Source: an uncultured Eubacteriales bacterium (GTDB lineage Bacteria > Bacillota > Clostridia > Christensenellales > Aristaeellaceae). From it: a stretch of DNA of 64,000 nt. The stretch lies in the NCBI GenBank assembly GCA_902787835.1, contig CADAHU010000007.1, forward strand, positions 19,441 through 83,440. Reading direction: 5' to 3'. The translations under genes and the position numbers were made by a program. Within the stretch, counting starts at the first letter, position 1, and the number at the start of each line of letters is the position of its first letter. The notes beneath the pieces are model-generated. The model did no database searches and was not told the origin of the DNA. It saw nothing but the letters and a program-made list of their open reading frames with translations. Below, piece after piece: positions 51,636 to 60,181 of this stretch.

Positions 51636-53912
51636 TTACTTCAAATAGCATTGCAGCGCTGCCTGTCCGTCCCGTACGGTCAGCGTCAGCGCGCCGCCTG
51701 CATTGGTATCATAAACCATAACGCCCGCCCGCGCAAGCCTTTCCAGCGTGGCGTCGCTGGCTCGGCGGGTGCTGATCAGGGCGATCTGCGGCTGCACGGC
51801 AGCCAGCAATTCCTCTCCGGTGCTGGAGGCCGAGCCGTGATGCGCCACCCGCAGCGCCTGGGCGGGGCGCGCGGCCCGCAGCTCATAGCTGCCCGATACG
51901 TCGCTCATCTGCAGCATTTTAAAGCCGTCCAGATCGATCCAGAGCGCCATGGCAAAATCATTGGCGTCAGCCTGCGGGTTGGCGGTGTTCTCCTCCGGCC
52001 AGAGCACGTCGATGGCCGCCCGGTCCAGGGCAATGCGATCCCCGGCCCGCAGGGCGCGGATCTCCACGCCCGCCGCCCGCGCCTGCTCCAGCACCTCCAG
52101 AACGGATTGGGCCGCCGGCGTTACCTGCGCCTCGGTGGAAATATACACCGTGCCGATGGGCACGCCCTGACGCAGCAGTTCGCCCAGCCCCAGCGCATGA
52201 TCGGCATGCAGATGGGACAGGATCACCCGATCGGCCCGCCGCCCCTCGGACAGCAGATAGGATGCCAGATCACCGCCGTACTCGCCGGTATCGATCACCA
52301 CGGTCTGGCTGCCGTCCTCCAGCACTGCCGCGTCGGCGCTGCCCATGCTGAATTGGATATAGCGGACGGCGGTATTGCGGGTCAGCAGCATCACCGCCGC
52401 GCTGCAGGCCAGGGCGCTCCCGCCGATCAGCAGCCGCTTGCCCCGGCCCAGCCGGATATAGCGGGTGCACAGCAGAAGCGCCAGCACGATGGCTGCCTGC
52501 ATATGCCAGGGCAGCCGCGGCGCCGGGAGGGAGGCAAAGGGCAGCGAAGCGCTGAGGCGCGTAAGGCCGGTCAGCAGGCCGCACAGCAGCGCGGCCGCCC
52601 GCCCCAGCAGCAGCGCCGGGGCCATCCAGATCAGGCTGACCGCCAGCGCCAGCAGCAAAAGGGGAAGCAGCGCCGTAACCAGCGTCACCGCCAGCGGGCT
52701 GATCAGCACGCCCACCGCCGACAGCCGATGATAATACCAAGCAACCGGCAGCGCCGCGCCCAGGGAGGCGCACAGCGCCGTGCCATAGGCGTTCAGCAAT
52801 TGACGCAGCCAGGGACGCCGGATCTGCCGCAGCGCCCGATTTACCCGGTCCCCCAGCAGCACCAGCCCCAGCACCGCCCCAAAGGACATCTGAAACCCAG
52901 CGGCAAACAGCTCCAGCGGGCGGATCAGCAGGATCACCGCGAAAGCCGCGGCCAGGGAAGTCAGCCGGTCGCGCCTTCGCCGCAGGATGCGACCGGTCTG
53001 GAGGTAGACCATCAGCAGCGCGGCGCGCAGGATGGCGGCCTGCATCCCCGCCAGCAGGCCGTAAGCGCACAGCAGCACTGCCGCCACGGCCAGCACCACC
53101 CACTGGGCGGGAGAAAACCGGTTCAGCGCCCAGAGCACGCAGCCGAACAGGATCATCACATGCAGGCCCGATACGGCCAGCACATGGGCCGTGCCTGTCC
53201 GGCGGAAGCTCTCGGCCACATCCTCCGGCAGATCGCTTTTATCGCCCAGGATCAGGGCGGCAGCCAGCGCGCCGTGCTCCGCTCCCAGCAGCGCATGGAG
53301 CCTGGACCGGATGGCATTCCGGGCGCGCAGCAGCAGGCTGGCCGGCGCGGTTTGCTCCGCCGGATCGAGCGTCAGCCCGTCGCAGCCGGAGATGCCGATG
53401 GTCACGCCCTTCTGCAGCAGATACATGCGGAAATCGAAGCCATGGGGATTGACCTGCCCCATTGGATGATACACTTTACCGGAGAAGGCCACCCGCTGGC
53501 CGTCCAGGAGCAGCGGCTCCTCCGGATCCTGGGGCCAGAAGGTCCAATAGGCGCTGAAGCTGCCCGCCGCTCCCTCCAGCGTGACGCTGCGCAGATAGAC
53601 CGCCCGGCGGTTATCCGTTTCACGCACGGCGGTCTCCCCCTGCACGGTGGCAGTGATGGAAAAAACGCCTTCCGGCGGCAGCGCGGGATGGGCGGCGGGC
53701 AGGCAGCGCGCCAGGCCCAGCAGCACCGCCAGCGCCATGCAGGGGATGTACACAGAATTCCCGCCGCGCCGCAGCAGCGCCATCCACCCCAGGCAGATCA
53801 GCGCGCCCGCAGCCCACAGCGGCGTCCAGGAAACCCGCAGGCCCAGAAAAACGCCCGCGCCAAAAGCCAGTGCCAGATGCACCAGCCAGCGGCGCGGACG
53901 ATAGGACAGCAT
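51636..53912 (-). CDS. comEC: DNA internalisation competence protein ComEC/Rec2
   Basis: 758 aa. Polytopic competence domain (...AHVLAVSGLHV...) plus C-terminal MBL domain (VILSHLHADHALGL). Confidence 0.93.
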   Translation of the reverse strand: MLSYRPRRWLVHLALAFGAGVFLGLRVSWTPLWAAGALICLGWMALLRRGGNSVYIPCMALAVLLGLARCLPAAHPALPPEGVFSITATVQGETAVRETDNRRAVYLRSVTLEGAAGSFSAYWTFWPQDPEEPLLLDGQRVAFSGKVYHPMGQVNPHGFDFRMYLLQKGVTIGISGCDGLTLDPAEQTAPASLLLRARNAIRSRLHALLGAEHGALAAALILGDKSDLPEDVAESFRRTGTAHVLAVSGLHVMILFGCVLWALNRFSPAQWVVLAVAAVLLCAYGLLAGMQAAILRAALLMVYLQTGRILRRRRDRLTSLAAAFAVILLIRPLELFAAGFQMSFGAVLGLVLLGDRVNRALRQIRRPWLRQLLNAYGTALCASLGAALPVAWYYHRLSAVGVLISPLAVTLVTALLPLLLLALAVSLIWMAPALLLGRAAALLCGLLTGLTRLSASLPFASLPAPRLPWHMQAAIVLALLLCTRYIRLGRGKRLLIGGSALACSAAVMLLTRNTAVRYIQFSMGSADAAVLEDGSQTVVIDTGEYGGDLASYLLSEGRRADRVILSHLHADHALGLGELLRQGVPIGTVYISTEAQVTPAAQSVLEVLEQARAAGVEIRALRAGDRIALDRAAIDVLWPEENTANPQADANDFAMALWIDLDGFKMLQMSDVSGSYELRAARPAQALRVAHHGSASSTGEELLAAVQPQIALISTRRASDATLERLARAGVMVYDTNAGGALTLTVRDGQAALQCYLK

Positions 53913-53913
53913 A

Positions 53914-54612
53914 TCAGAAGGCCACGGTGAGCCCGGCCCGGGCCAAAGCCGCCTGGGGGTAAATTGCCCGGGCTTCCTCCAGCAGGGCAGCGCGGTCGCT
54001 GCCCGGGGTGAAGTGGGTCAGCAACAGATGCCCGGCCTGCGCATCCCGGGCGGCCTCCGCCGCCAGGCGAGCGCTCAAATGCGGCTTGCCCTCCGCCCAC
54101 TGGGCATCGGTAAAGCAGGCGTCGGCCAGCAGCAGATCGCAGCCCCGGGCAAACCCGGCCAGCGCCGGGCAGGTATTGGTATCGCCGGTATAGCAGAAGG
54201 CCTTGCCCTCCGCCTCATACCGGGCGGCCCAGCAGGGCGCCGGATGGCGCACGGGCAGCGCGGTCATGGTCAGGCAGCCGATCTGCCCGCCCGCGGCGAT
54301 ATCGTGCAGATCAAAGGCGCCCTCCAGCAGCGCCCGGACACCCGCCGGCTCCATGGGCGCGTACACCGACAGCCGGGGCTTGCCCTGCATGCGGTAGATC
54401 AGCGGCAGCATATCGCTCATATGATCGTAATGCAGGTGGCTGAGCACAATGGCGTCCAGCCTTTCCGGCGGCAGGATGGCCGTCAGCGCGGCCAGCGTCC
54501 CCGTGCCGCAGTCCAGCAGCACGCGGGTATCCCCCGCCTCCAGCAGATAGCCGCTGCAGGCGCCGCCCGCTTCGGGATAGGGGCCGTTACAGCCCAGAAC
54601 GGTCAGTTTCAT
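53914..54612 (-). CDS. MBL-fold metallo-hydrolase
   Basis: From ATG 54612: MKLTVLGCNGPYPEAGGACSGYLLE... with LSHLHYDHMSD. Confidence 0.88.
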   Translation of the reverse strand: MKLTVLGCNGPYPEAGGACSGYLLEAGDTRVLLDCGTGTLAALTAILPPERLDAIVLSHLHYDHMSDMLPLIYRMQGKPRLSVYAPMEPAGVRALLEGAFDLHDIAAGGQIGCLTMTALPVRHPAPCWAARYEAEGKAFCYTGDTNTCPALAGFARGCDLLLADACFTDAQWAEGKPHLSARLAAEAARDAQAGHLLLTHFTPGSDRAALLEEARAIYPQAALARAGLTVAF

Positions 54613-55360
54613 TTTTGAGCTCCTTTCCAAAGAGCAGCCGCAGCGCGGCAAAGCAAAGGAAACAGCAGGCGGCCAGCAGCGCCAGAGTCACCGCAGGCTG
54701 CGCTGCGGAGAGCGCCAGCACGGCAGCGTTGTACAGAACGTGCAGCGCCAGGCTGCCGCCGTAGCCGTATCGGATAAAAACATGCCCCAGCGTGAGGCCG
54801 ATGAGCAGCAGCGCCGGGAATGCCTCCCAGCGGAAGTGCAGCGCCGCGAAGGCGACGGCGGCGATCCAGACGCCCGCCCGGGGCAAGTACCGGCGCAGCG
54901 TCCCCTGCAGCAGGGCGCGGAAGAGCAGCTCCTCGCAGGCGGCAGGGATCAGGGCGACTGCGGCCAGGCACAGCAGCCACTGCCCCAGGGTTTCGGGGTT
55001 GGGCAGCGGATTGGCTTCCGGCACATATCCCCAGGCCTGCAGCAGGCTGCTCCACAGGGAGGCGATCACCGCCAGCGTCACCGCGCCGCCCGCAGCCAGC
55101 AAAGCGAAGCCGCCCAGGGCGCGCAGGGGCACGGGCCGCAGGGACGACCGGAAGGTTTTCCAGCGTCCCGGCCGGGCCAGCAGGACCAGCAGGGCGGGCA
55201 GGCCAAACACGAGGGCCTGCTGCACGGCGTTCAGGCAATAATAGATCAGCACATCGTCCGTCCGCGCCGAAACCAGCATGGGAAAGCGCAGCAAGCCCCA
55301 CAGGATCAGCGTGACCGTCGCCGCCCAGCAGACCGGCAGGCGCAGCTCATTCCAGCTCAT
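54587..55360 (-). CDS. CPBP family intramembrane glutamic endopeptidase (CAAX protease-like)
   Basis: Motifs ACEELLFRALLQG, AFAALHF and ALHVLYNA. ATG 55360 overlaps the upstream stop. Confidence 0.85.
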   Translation of the reverse strand: MSWNELRLPVCWAATVTLILWGLLRFPMLVSARTDDVLIYYCLNAVQQALVFGLPALLVLLARPGRWKTFRSSLRPVPLRALGGFALLAAGGAVTLAVIASLWSSLLQAWGYVPEANPLPNPETLGQWLLCLAAVALIPAACEELLFRALLQGTLRRYLPRAGVWIAAVAFAALHFRWEAFPALLLIGLTLGHVFIRYGYGGSLALHVLYNAAVLALSAAQPAVTLALLAACCFLCFAALRLLFGKELKNETDRSGL

Positions 55361-56147
55361 AAACGCCGCCCACGTGATCCCGCCAGGCCATATCCACCGA
55401 TATGTCGCGGCTGATCTCCAGTCCATGGGCCTCCATGGCCTCGCATACCGTGCGCAGCGCCAATTCGGGCGTGTTGTTCTCATGGCTCAGGTGGCCCAGC
55501 ACCGCGTGCCGCACACCGGTCTGGTACAGCTGCCACAGCGCCTCGGCGCAGGCCACGTTGCTCAGATGGCCGTGCCGGCCCAGGATGCGCGCCTTCAGCG
55601 CGGAGGAATAATGCTCGTTGGCCCGCAGCATATCGATATCGTGGTTGCTCTCCAGCACCAGCAGATCCACGCCGCTGAGGGCGTCCAGCACCTTGGGGCT
55701 GAAAAAGCCCATATCGGTGGCAGTGGCCACGCTGCGCGCCCCGCAGAAAACGCGGAAGCCCACCGGGTCGGCGGCATCATGGGGAATGGCAAAGGGCATC
55801 ACCGAAAAATCGCCGATATAAAAGCTGTCGCCCGTTTCAAACTCCCGGTGCAGCGCCGGCGATACCGCGCCCAGCTGCCGCTCCATGGCGGCCCAGGTGC
55901 GGGCGTTGGCGTAGATGGGCAGGTGATATTTGCGGCTCAGGATGCCCACGCCCTTCACATGGTCGCTGTGCTCGTGGGTGACCAGGATGCCGTTCAGCGT
56001 TTCCGGCAGAACGCCGATGCTGTTCAGCGCCTCGCTGACCGTCCGGCCGGAGAGCCCCGCGTCGATCAGGATGCGGGTATTGCCCGCGCCGATGAACAGC
56101 GCGTTGCCGCCGGAGCCGGAAAACAGGGGACAAAACGTAAATCGCAT
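55347..56147 (-). CDS. MBL-fold metallo-hydrolase (YycJ/WalJ-like)
   Basis: From ATG 56147: MRFTFCPLFSGSGGNALFIGAGNTRILIDAG...VTHEHSDHVKG. A TTGAGT-17-TATAAT promoter lies upstream. Confidence 0.88.
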   Translation of the reverse strand: MRFTFCPLFSGSGGNALFIGAGNTRILIDAGLSGRTVSEALNSIGVLPETLNGILVTHEHSDHVKGVGILSRKYHLPIYANARTWAAMERQLGAVSPALHREFETGDSFYIGDFSVMPFAIPHDAADPVGFRVFCGARSVATATDMGFFSPKVLDALSGVDLLVLESNHDIDMLRANEHYSSALKARILGRHGHLSNVACAEALWQLYQTGVRHAVLGHLSHENNTPELALRTVCEAMEAHGLEISRDISVDMAWRDHVGGVYELE

Positions 56148-56214
56148 GATCGTTTTTCCTTTGGTAAATGGATTCACAAAATATTATATGCGCTTCCCGC
56201 AAAAAACTCAAGCG

Positions 56215-56994
56215 TCAGAACAGCTCGTCCAGCAGCAGGTAATAGCGCAGCCTGTCCGCATCCTTGGGTACGCCCGCCGCGCGGAAAAGATCATCCGCGT
56301 TCACATTGGAATAGAGGCCGTACCGCCCGTCGCTGTTATGCCGGATGCTGCGCCAGCCCAGGGCAAGATCGCGCCAGCGATCCCCCGCGCCGCAGCTGCC
56401 CAGATCGATCATGCCGGAAAGATGCGCGCCGTCGGTAAACAGGTTGGGCAGGCAAAAATCGCCGTGGGTCAGCACCTTTTCCATCGGGGGCTGGTTGCGC
56501 CGCAGCCAGGAGAGCAGCGCCGCCGGATCTTCAAACCCGCCCGGGCCGAAGGTTTCCGGCTCGCAGTCCGATGGATCAAAGCGCCCCGAGGCGATATAAC
56601 GCTCCGCCTGGTCCAGCTCCTGCTCCACGGTGCGGCCAAAGGGCAGGTTCTCCGCCGGTACGCTCCAGAGCAGATGCAGCGCCTCCGCCATGGCGTCCAG
56701 CAGCACATGGGGCCGCTCCATCACCCAGGGATCGCAGAGCATGCGCCCCCGCACCCGGGTCATCAGCAGCCAGTCCGTGCCCTCCTCCACAGCGTGCGCC
56801 GCCACCCTCGGCACCGGCAGCCGGCCCTCCAGCCAGCGCAGGATGCCGGTATCCACCGTATCCCAGCTGTCCGCCGGGCGGATCTTGAGCACATAATCGG
56901 GGAAAACAAGCACCTGCGCGCCGGATTTGCCGGTGTTTTCCGGCTGACAGGCCGCATCCTTCAGGATATCCGCAATGGCTTTGGGGTAGCGCAT
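56215..56994 (-). CDS. aminoglycoside 3'-phosphotransferase-like kinase (APH family)
   Basis: 259 aa. Catalytic loop LTHGDFCLPNLF and IDLGSCGAGDRWRDLAL match the HGD..N / IDxG..G..DR..D pattern of APH(3') enzymes. It has its own TTGACG-18-TACAAT promoter. Confidence 0.8.
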   Translation of the reverse strand: MRYPKAIADILKDAACQPENTGKSGAQVLVFPDYVLKIRPADSWDTVDTGILRWLEGRLPVPRVAAHAVEEGTDWLLMTRVRGRMLCDPWVMERPHVLLDAMAEALHLLWSVPAENLPFGRTVEQELDQAERYIASGRFDPSDCEPETFGPGGFEDPAALLSWLRRNQPPMEKVLTHGDFCLPNLFTDGAHLSGMIDLGSCGAGDRWRDLALGWRSIRHNSDGRYGLYSNVNADDLFRAAGVPKDADRLRYYLLLDELF

Positions 56995-57099
56995 GATCCT
57001 TTCCTCCCTGCATATCGCTGCGCTTATTGTACACGATCCGGACGTTTTTCGTCAAATGCCAGGGATTGTATGCGATTTGTATTTTTATACCGCCGCCGC

Positions 57100-57129
57100 T
57101 TGACAGTGCCGCCAGGGCGGCGGTATAAT
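57100..57129 (+). promoter_or_regulatory. promoter of the T-box/ABC importer operon
   Basis: TTGACA (57100-57105), 18 nt, TATAAT (57124-57129). Confidence 0.75.
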
Positions 57130-57135
57130 CCGCTC

Positions 57136-57394
57136 AGTTGCGATGACTGGGAAACGTGCTGCGATGCAGCGCCTTGCAGAGAGCCCCGGCAGGTGGAAGC
57201 GGGGCAGGCGAACGCGCAGGAATTCCTCCCGGAAGCAGCGGCCTGAAGGATGCGTCTGGTAGGGTCCGCCGGGTTCCCTCCGTTAGCGGGGATGGGCAAT
57301 GATGGTTGCCCTGTAAGGCTTTCCCAGGGAAGCAAAATTGAGGTGGTACCGCGGTTTTTATCCGCCCTCTGCAAGGCAGGGGGCGTTTTTGTTT
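57136..57394 (+). promoter_or_regulatory. T-box leader (tRNA-sensing riboswitch) with terminator
   Basis: Stem I base UGCGAUGA...GCA, AG bulge AGAGAG, distal loop GCAGGUGGAAG. T-box sequence AAAUUGAGGUGGUACCGCGG at 57335-57354. Terminator CGCCCTCTG/CAGGGGGCG at 57363-57385 plus a T-run. Confidence 0.88.
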
Positions 57395-57465
57395 GCGGAG
57401 AGGCGTGCAGACGCGCGCATTCCCGGAGCGATCCGGTAATGAAAAACACGAAGGAGGACAACACC

Positions 57466-58431
57466 ATGAAAAAGCTGACCGCGATCTTTCTTTCCCTGAT
57501 CCTTTGCGCAACCTGTTTTACCGCCCTGGCCGAGGACAAGCCCACCATCGGCATCATCCAGCTGATGGAGCACGTGGCCCTGAGCGCCGCCCGGGAGGGC
57601 TTTATCCAGGCGCTGAATGACAACGGCTATGTGGACGGCGAAAACATCGTAATCGATTACCAGAACGGCCAGGGCGAAAGCAGCAACCTGTCCACCATCG
57701 CCGAGCGCTTTGTGGGCGAAAACGTGGATCTGGTGCTGGCCATCGCCACCCCCGCCGCCCTGCAGATCGCCAGCAAGACCGAGACCATCCCCATCCTGGG
57801 CACCGCCATCACCGATTATGTGGAGGCACGCCTGGTGGAGAGCAACGAGAAGCCCGGCTACAACATCTCCGGCACCTCCGATATGAACCCCATTGCCGAT
57901 CAGATCGCCCTGCTGCAGGAGCTGGTGCCGGAGGCCCAAACCGTGGGCGTTCTCTACACCTCCTCCGAGCCCAACAGCGTGCTGCAGGCCAAGATCGCCC
58001 GGGAGGCCATCGAGGCGCTGGGCATGGCCTATACCGAGGTCACCGTTACCGGCACCAACGATGTGCAGCAGGCCGTGCAGCGCATCGTGGGCCAGTGTGA
58101 CGCCATCTACATCCCCACCGATAACACCTTCGCCTCCTCCATGGCCATGGTGTACGGCGTAACCGCCGAGAGCAAGACCCCCGTGATCTGCGGCGAGGAG
58201 GGCATGTGCAGCGTGGGCGGCCTGGCCACCCTGGGCATCAGCTATTATGATCTGGGCTACCAGACCGGCGTCATGGCCATCGACGTGCTGAACGGCGCGG
58301 ATATCTCCCAGATGCCCGTCCAGTTTGCCACCGGCTTTGAATACTACTTCAACCAGACCGTGGCGGATGAGATCGGCTTTGAGATCCCCGAAAAGTATCA
58401 GCCCTACGCCGTGGAAATGGCCGCTGAATAA
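57466..58431 (+). CDS. ABC transporter substrate-binding lipoprotein/secreted protein (COG2984, putative Trp/Tyr-type uptake family)
   Basis: ATG 57466 follows AAGGAGG. Signal peptide MKKLTAIFLSLILCATCFTALA, then ...KPTIGIIQLMEHVALSAAREGF... typical of the ABC_sub_bind family. Confidence 0.85.
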   Translation: MKKLTAIFLSLILCATCFTALAEDKPTIGIIQLMEHVALSAAREGFIQALNDNGYVDGENIVIDYQNGQGESSNLSTIAERFVGENVDLVLAIATPAALQIASKTETIPILGTAITDYVEARLVESNEKPGYNISGTSDMNPIADQIALLQELVPEAQTVGVLYTSSEPNSVLQAKIAREAIEALGMAYTEVTVTGTNDVQQAVQRIVGQCDAIYIPTDNTFASSMAMVYGVTAESKTPVICGEEGMCSVGGLATLGISYYDLGYQTGVMAIDVLNGADISQMPVQFATGFEYYFNQTVADEIGFEIPEKYQPYAVEMAAE

Positions 58432-58524
58432 CCCCCTGAACGCATCCCCGCTCCGGAGGCAGCCCCTCCGGAGCCTTTCCCCTGTTTTTTTGAAATAATT
58501 ACTGATGAAACGGACGGTTGAACC

Positions 58525-59421
58525 ATGACGCAGGTATTGCTTGGCGCGGTTTCCCTGGGGATCCTTTGGTCCATCATGACCATCGGCGTGTACATCACCT
58601 ATCGGATCCTGGATATTGCCGATCTTTCGGTGGAGGGCACCCTGCCACTGGGGGCGGCGGTGGCCTGCTTTATGATCACCCGGGATATAAACCCCTATCT
58701 GGCATCCTTCTGCGCGCTGCTGGCCGGATGCCTGGCGGGGCTTTGCACGGGGCTGCTGCATACCAAGCTGAAGATCCCCGCCCTGCTCAGCGGCATCCTG
58801 ACCATGATCGCGCTCTATTCCATCAACCTGCGGGTGATGGGCGCGCCCAACCTGTCCATCCTGCGCATGGAAACCGTTTTCCGCCCCCTCGCCCGGGCGG
58901 GCATGAGCAACAGCGCCGCCATCATCACGGTGGGCGGCGTATGCGCCCTGCTGCTGATCGGCATCCTGTACTGGTTCTTTGGCACCGAGCTGGGCAGCGC
59001 CATCCGCGCCACCGGCAACAACCAAAGAATGGTGCGCGCCCAGGGCATCAACACCGATACCATGAAGATCCTGGGGCTGGTGATCAGCAACGGCCTGGTG
59101 GGGCTCTCCGGCGCGCTGATCGCCCAGAGCCAGAGCTTTGCCGACGTGCAGATGGGCACCGGCAGCATCGTCATCGGCCTGGCCTCGCTGATTATCGGCG
59201 AGGTGCTCTTCGGCGGCAAAAGCTTTTTCCGCCGGCTGGTGGCGCTGATCCTGGGCGCGGTGGTCTATCGTCTGATCATCGCCCTGGTGCTGGAGCTGGG
59301 CATGAACCCCAATGATTTGAAGCTCTTTACCGCCATCACCGTGGCGCTGGCGCTCTGGCTGCCCCAGGGCAGGGAGCTGCTGCGCACCTTCCGCAAATTG
59401 CTGGCGAAGGAGGGCAACTGA
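58525..59421 (+). CDS. ABC transporter permease (COG4120)
   Basis: 298 aa, multi-TM, ...GVYITYRILDIADLSVEGTLPLGAAV... Confidence 0.88.
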   Translation: MTQVLLGAVSLGILWSIMTIGVYITYRILDIADLSVEGTLPLGAAVACFMITRDINPYLASFCALLAGCLAGLCTGLLHTKLKIPALLSGILTMIALYSINLRVMGAPNLSILRMETVFRPLARAGMSNSAAIITVGGVCALLLIGILYWFFGTELGSAIRATGNNQRMVRAQGINTDTMKILGLVISNGLVGLSGALIAQSQSFADVQMGTGSIVIGLASLIIGEVLFGGKSFFRRLVALILGAVVYRLIIALVLELGMNPNDLKLFTAITVALALWLPQGRELLRTFRKLLAKEGN

Positions 59422-59422
59422 T

Positions 59423-60118
59423 ATGCTGTACATAAAGGATCTGACCAAGGTATTCAACCCCGGCACCGTAAACGAAAAGACCGCGCTGACCGGGCTCAGC
59501 CTGCACCTGGCCCCCGGCGATTTCGTCACCGTGATCGGCGGCAACGGCGCGGGCAAATCCACCCTGCTCAACAGCGTGGCGGGCGTCTTTCCCGTGGACG
59601 GCGGCCAGGTGACCCTGGACGGGCAGGATATCACAAGGCTCAGCGAGCATCGGCGCGCCCGGTATCTGGGGCGGGTGTTCCAGGACCCCATGATGGGCAC
59701 CGCCGCCGATATGAACATCGAGGAAAACCTGGCGCTGGCCTATCGCCGGGGGCAGCGGCGCACCCTCAAATGGGGCGTATCCGCCGCGGAGCGCGCCCAG
59801 TACAAGGATCTTTTGCACGAGCTGGATCTGGGGCTGGAAAAACGGCTGACGGACAAAGTGGGTCTGCTTTCCGGCGGCCAGCGCCAGGCGCTGACCCTGC
59901 TGATGGCCACGCTGAAGGCGCCCAAGCTTCTGCTGCTGGACGAGCATACCGCCGCCCTGGACCCCAAAACCGCCGCCAAGGTGCTGGCCCTGACCCAGAA
60001 GCTGGTGGAGGAGAACCACCTGACCACGCTGATGGTGACCCACAATATGCACGACGCCATCCGCCTGGGCAAAAAGACCGGCGGCGCGCTGGACAACGAC
60101 CGGCTGCTGCTGTCGTAA
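59423..60118 (+). CDS. ABC transporter ATP-binding protein (COG1101), possibly lacking a C-terminal segment
   Basis: Walker A GGNGAGKST, signature LSGGQRQALTL, Walker B LLLLDEHTAALD, H-loop VTHNM. At 231 aa it is shorter than I expect for this family. Confidence 0.85.
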   Translation: MLYIKDLTKVFNPGTVNEKTALTGLSLHLAPGDFVTVIGGNGAGKSTLLNSVAGVFPVDGGQVTLDGQDITRLSEHRRARYLGRVFQDPMMGTAADMNIEENLALAYRRGQRRTLKWGVSAAERAQYKDLLHELDLGLEKRLTDKVGLLSGGQRQALTLLMATLKAPKLLLLDEHTAALDPKTAAKVLALTQKLVEENHLTTLMVTHNMHDAIRLGKKTGGALDNDRLLLS

Positions 60119-60138
60119 GCGAGATCAGTGCTGACAAA

Positions 60139-60174
60139 ACACGCCCCCGGATCGCTCCGGAGGCGTGTTTTTTA
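60139..60174. terminator. bidirectional intrinsic terminator (ABC operon / leuS)
   Basis: ACACGCCCCCGGA / TCCGGAGGCGTGT stem (one mismatch), flanked by AAAA on the left and TTTTTT on the right. Confidence 0.8.
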
Positions 60175-60181
60175 TGAAAAA

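Noticed and set aside
50586-53930. 1114-aa plus-strand ORF, the longest in the track
   Set aside because: It is antisense to holA and comEC, which have clear family motifs. Its translation is low-complexity (Gly/Ala/Arg/Gln/His/Pro runs) with no recognisable domain. This is the typical stop-codon-poor antisense frame of a GC-rich genome.
57358-59718. 786-aa minus-strand ORF, plus similar long antisense ORFs (1145-2938, 2779-4929, 5080-6828, 14054-16420, 24716-26935, 30623-32758, 41806-44133, 60128-61732)
   Set aside because: All lie opposite genes with strong motif support and show the same low-complexity translations. I treat them as GC artefacts.
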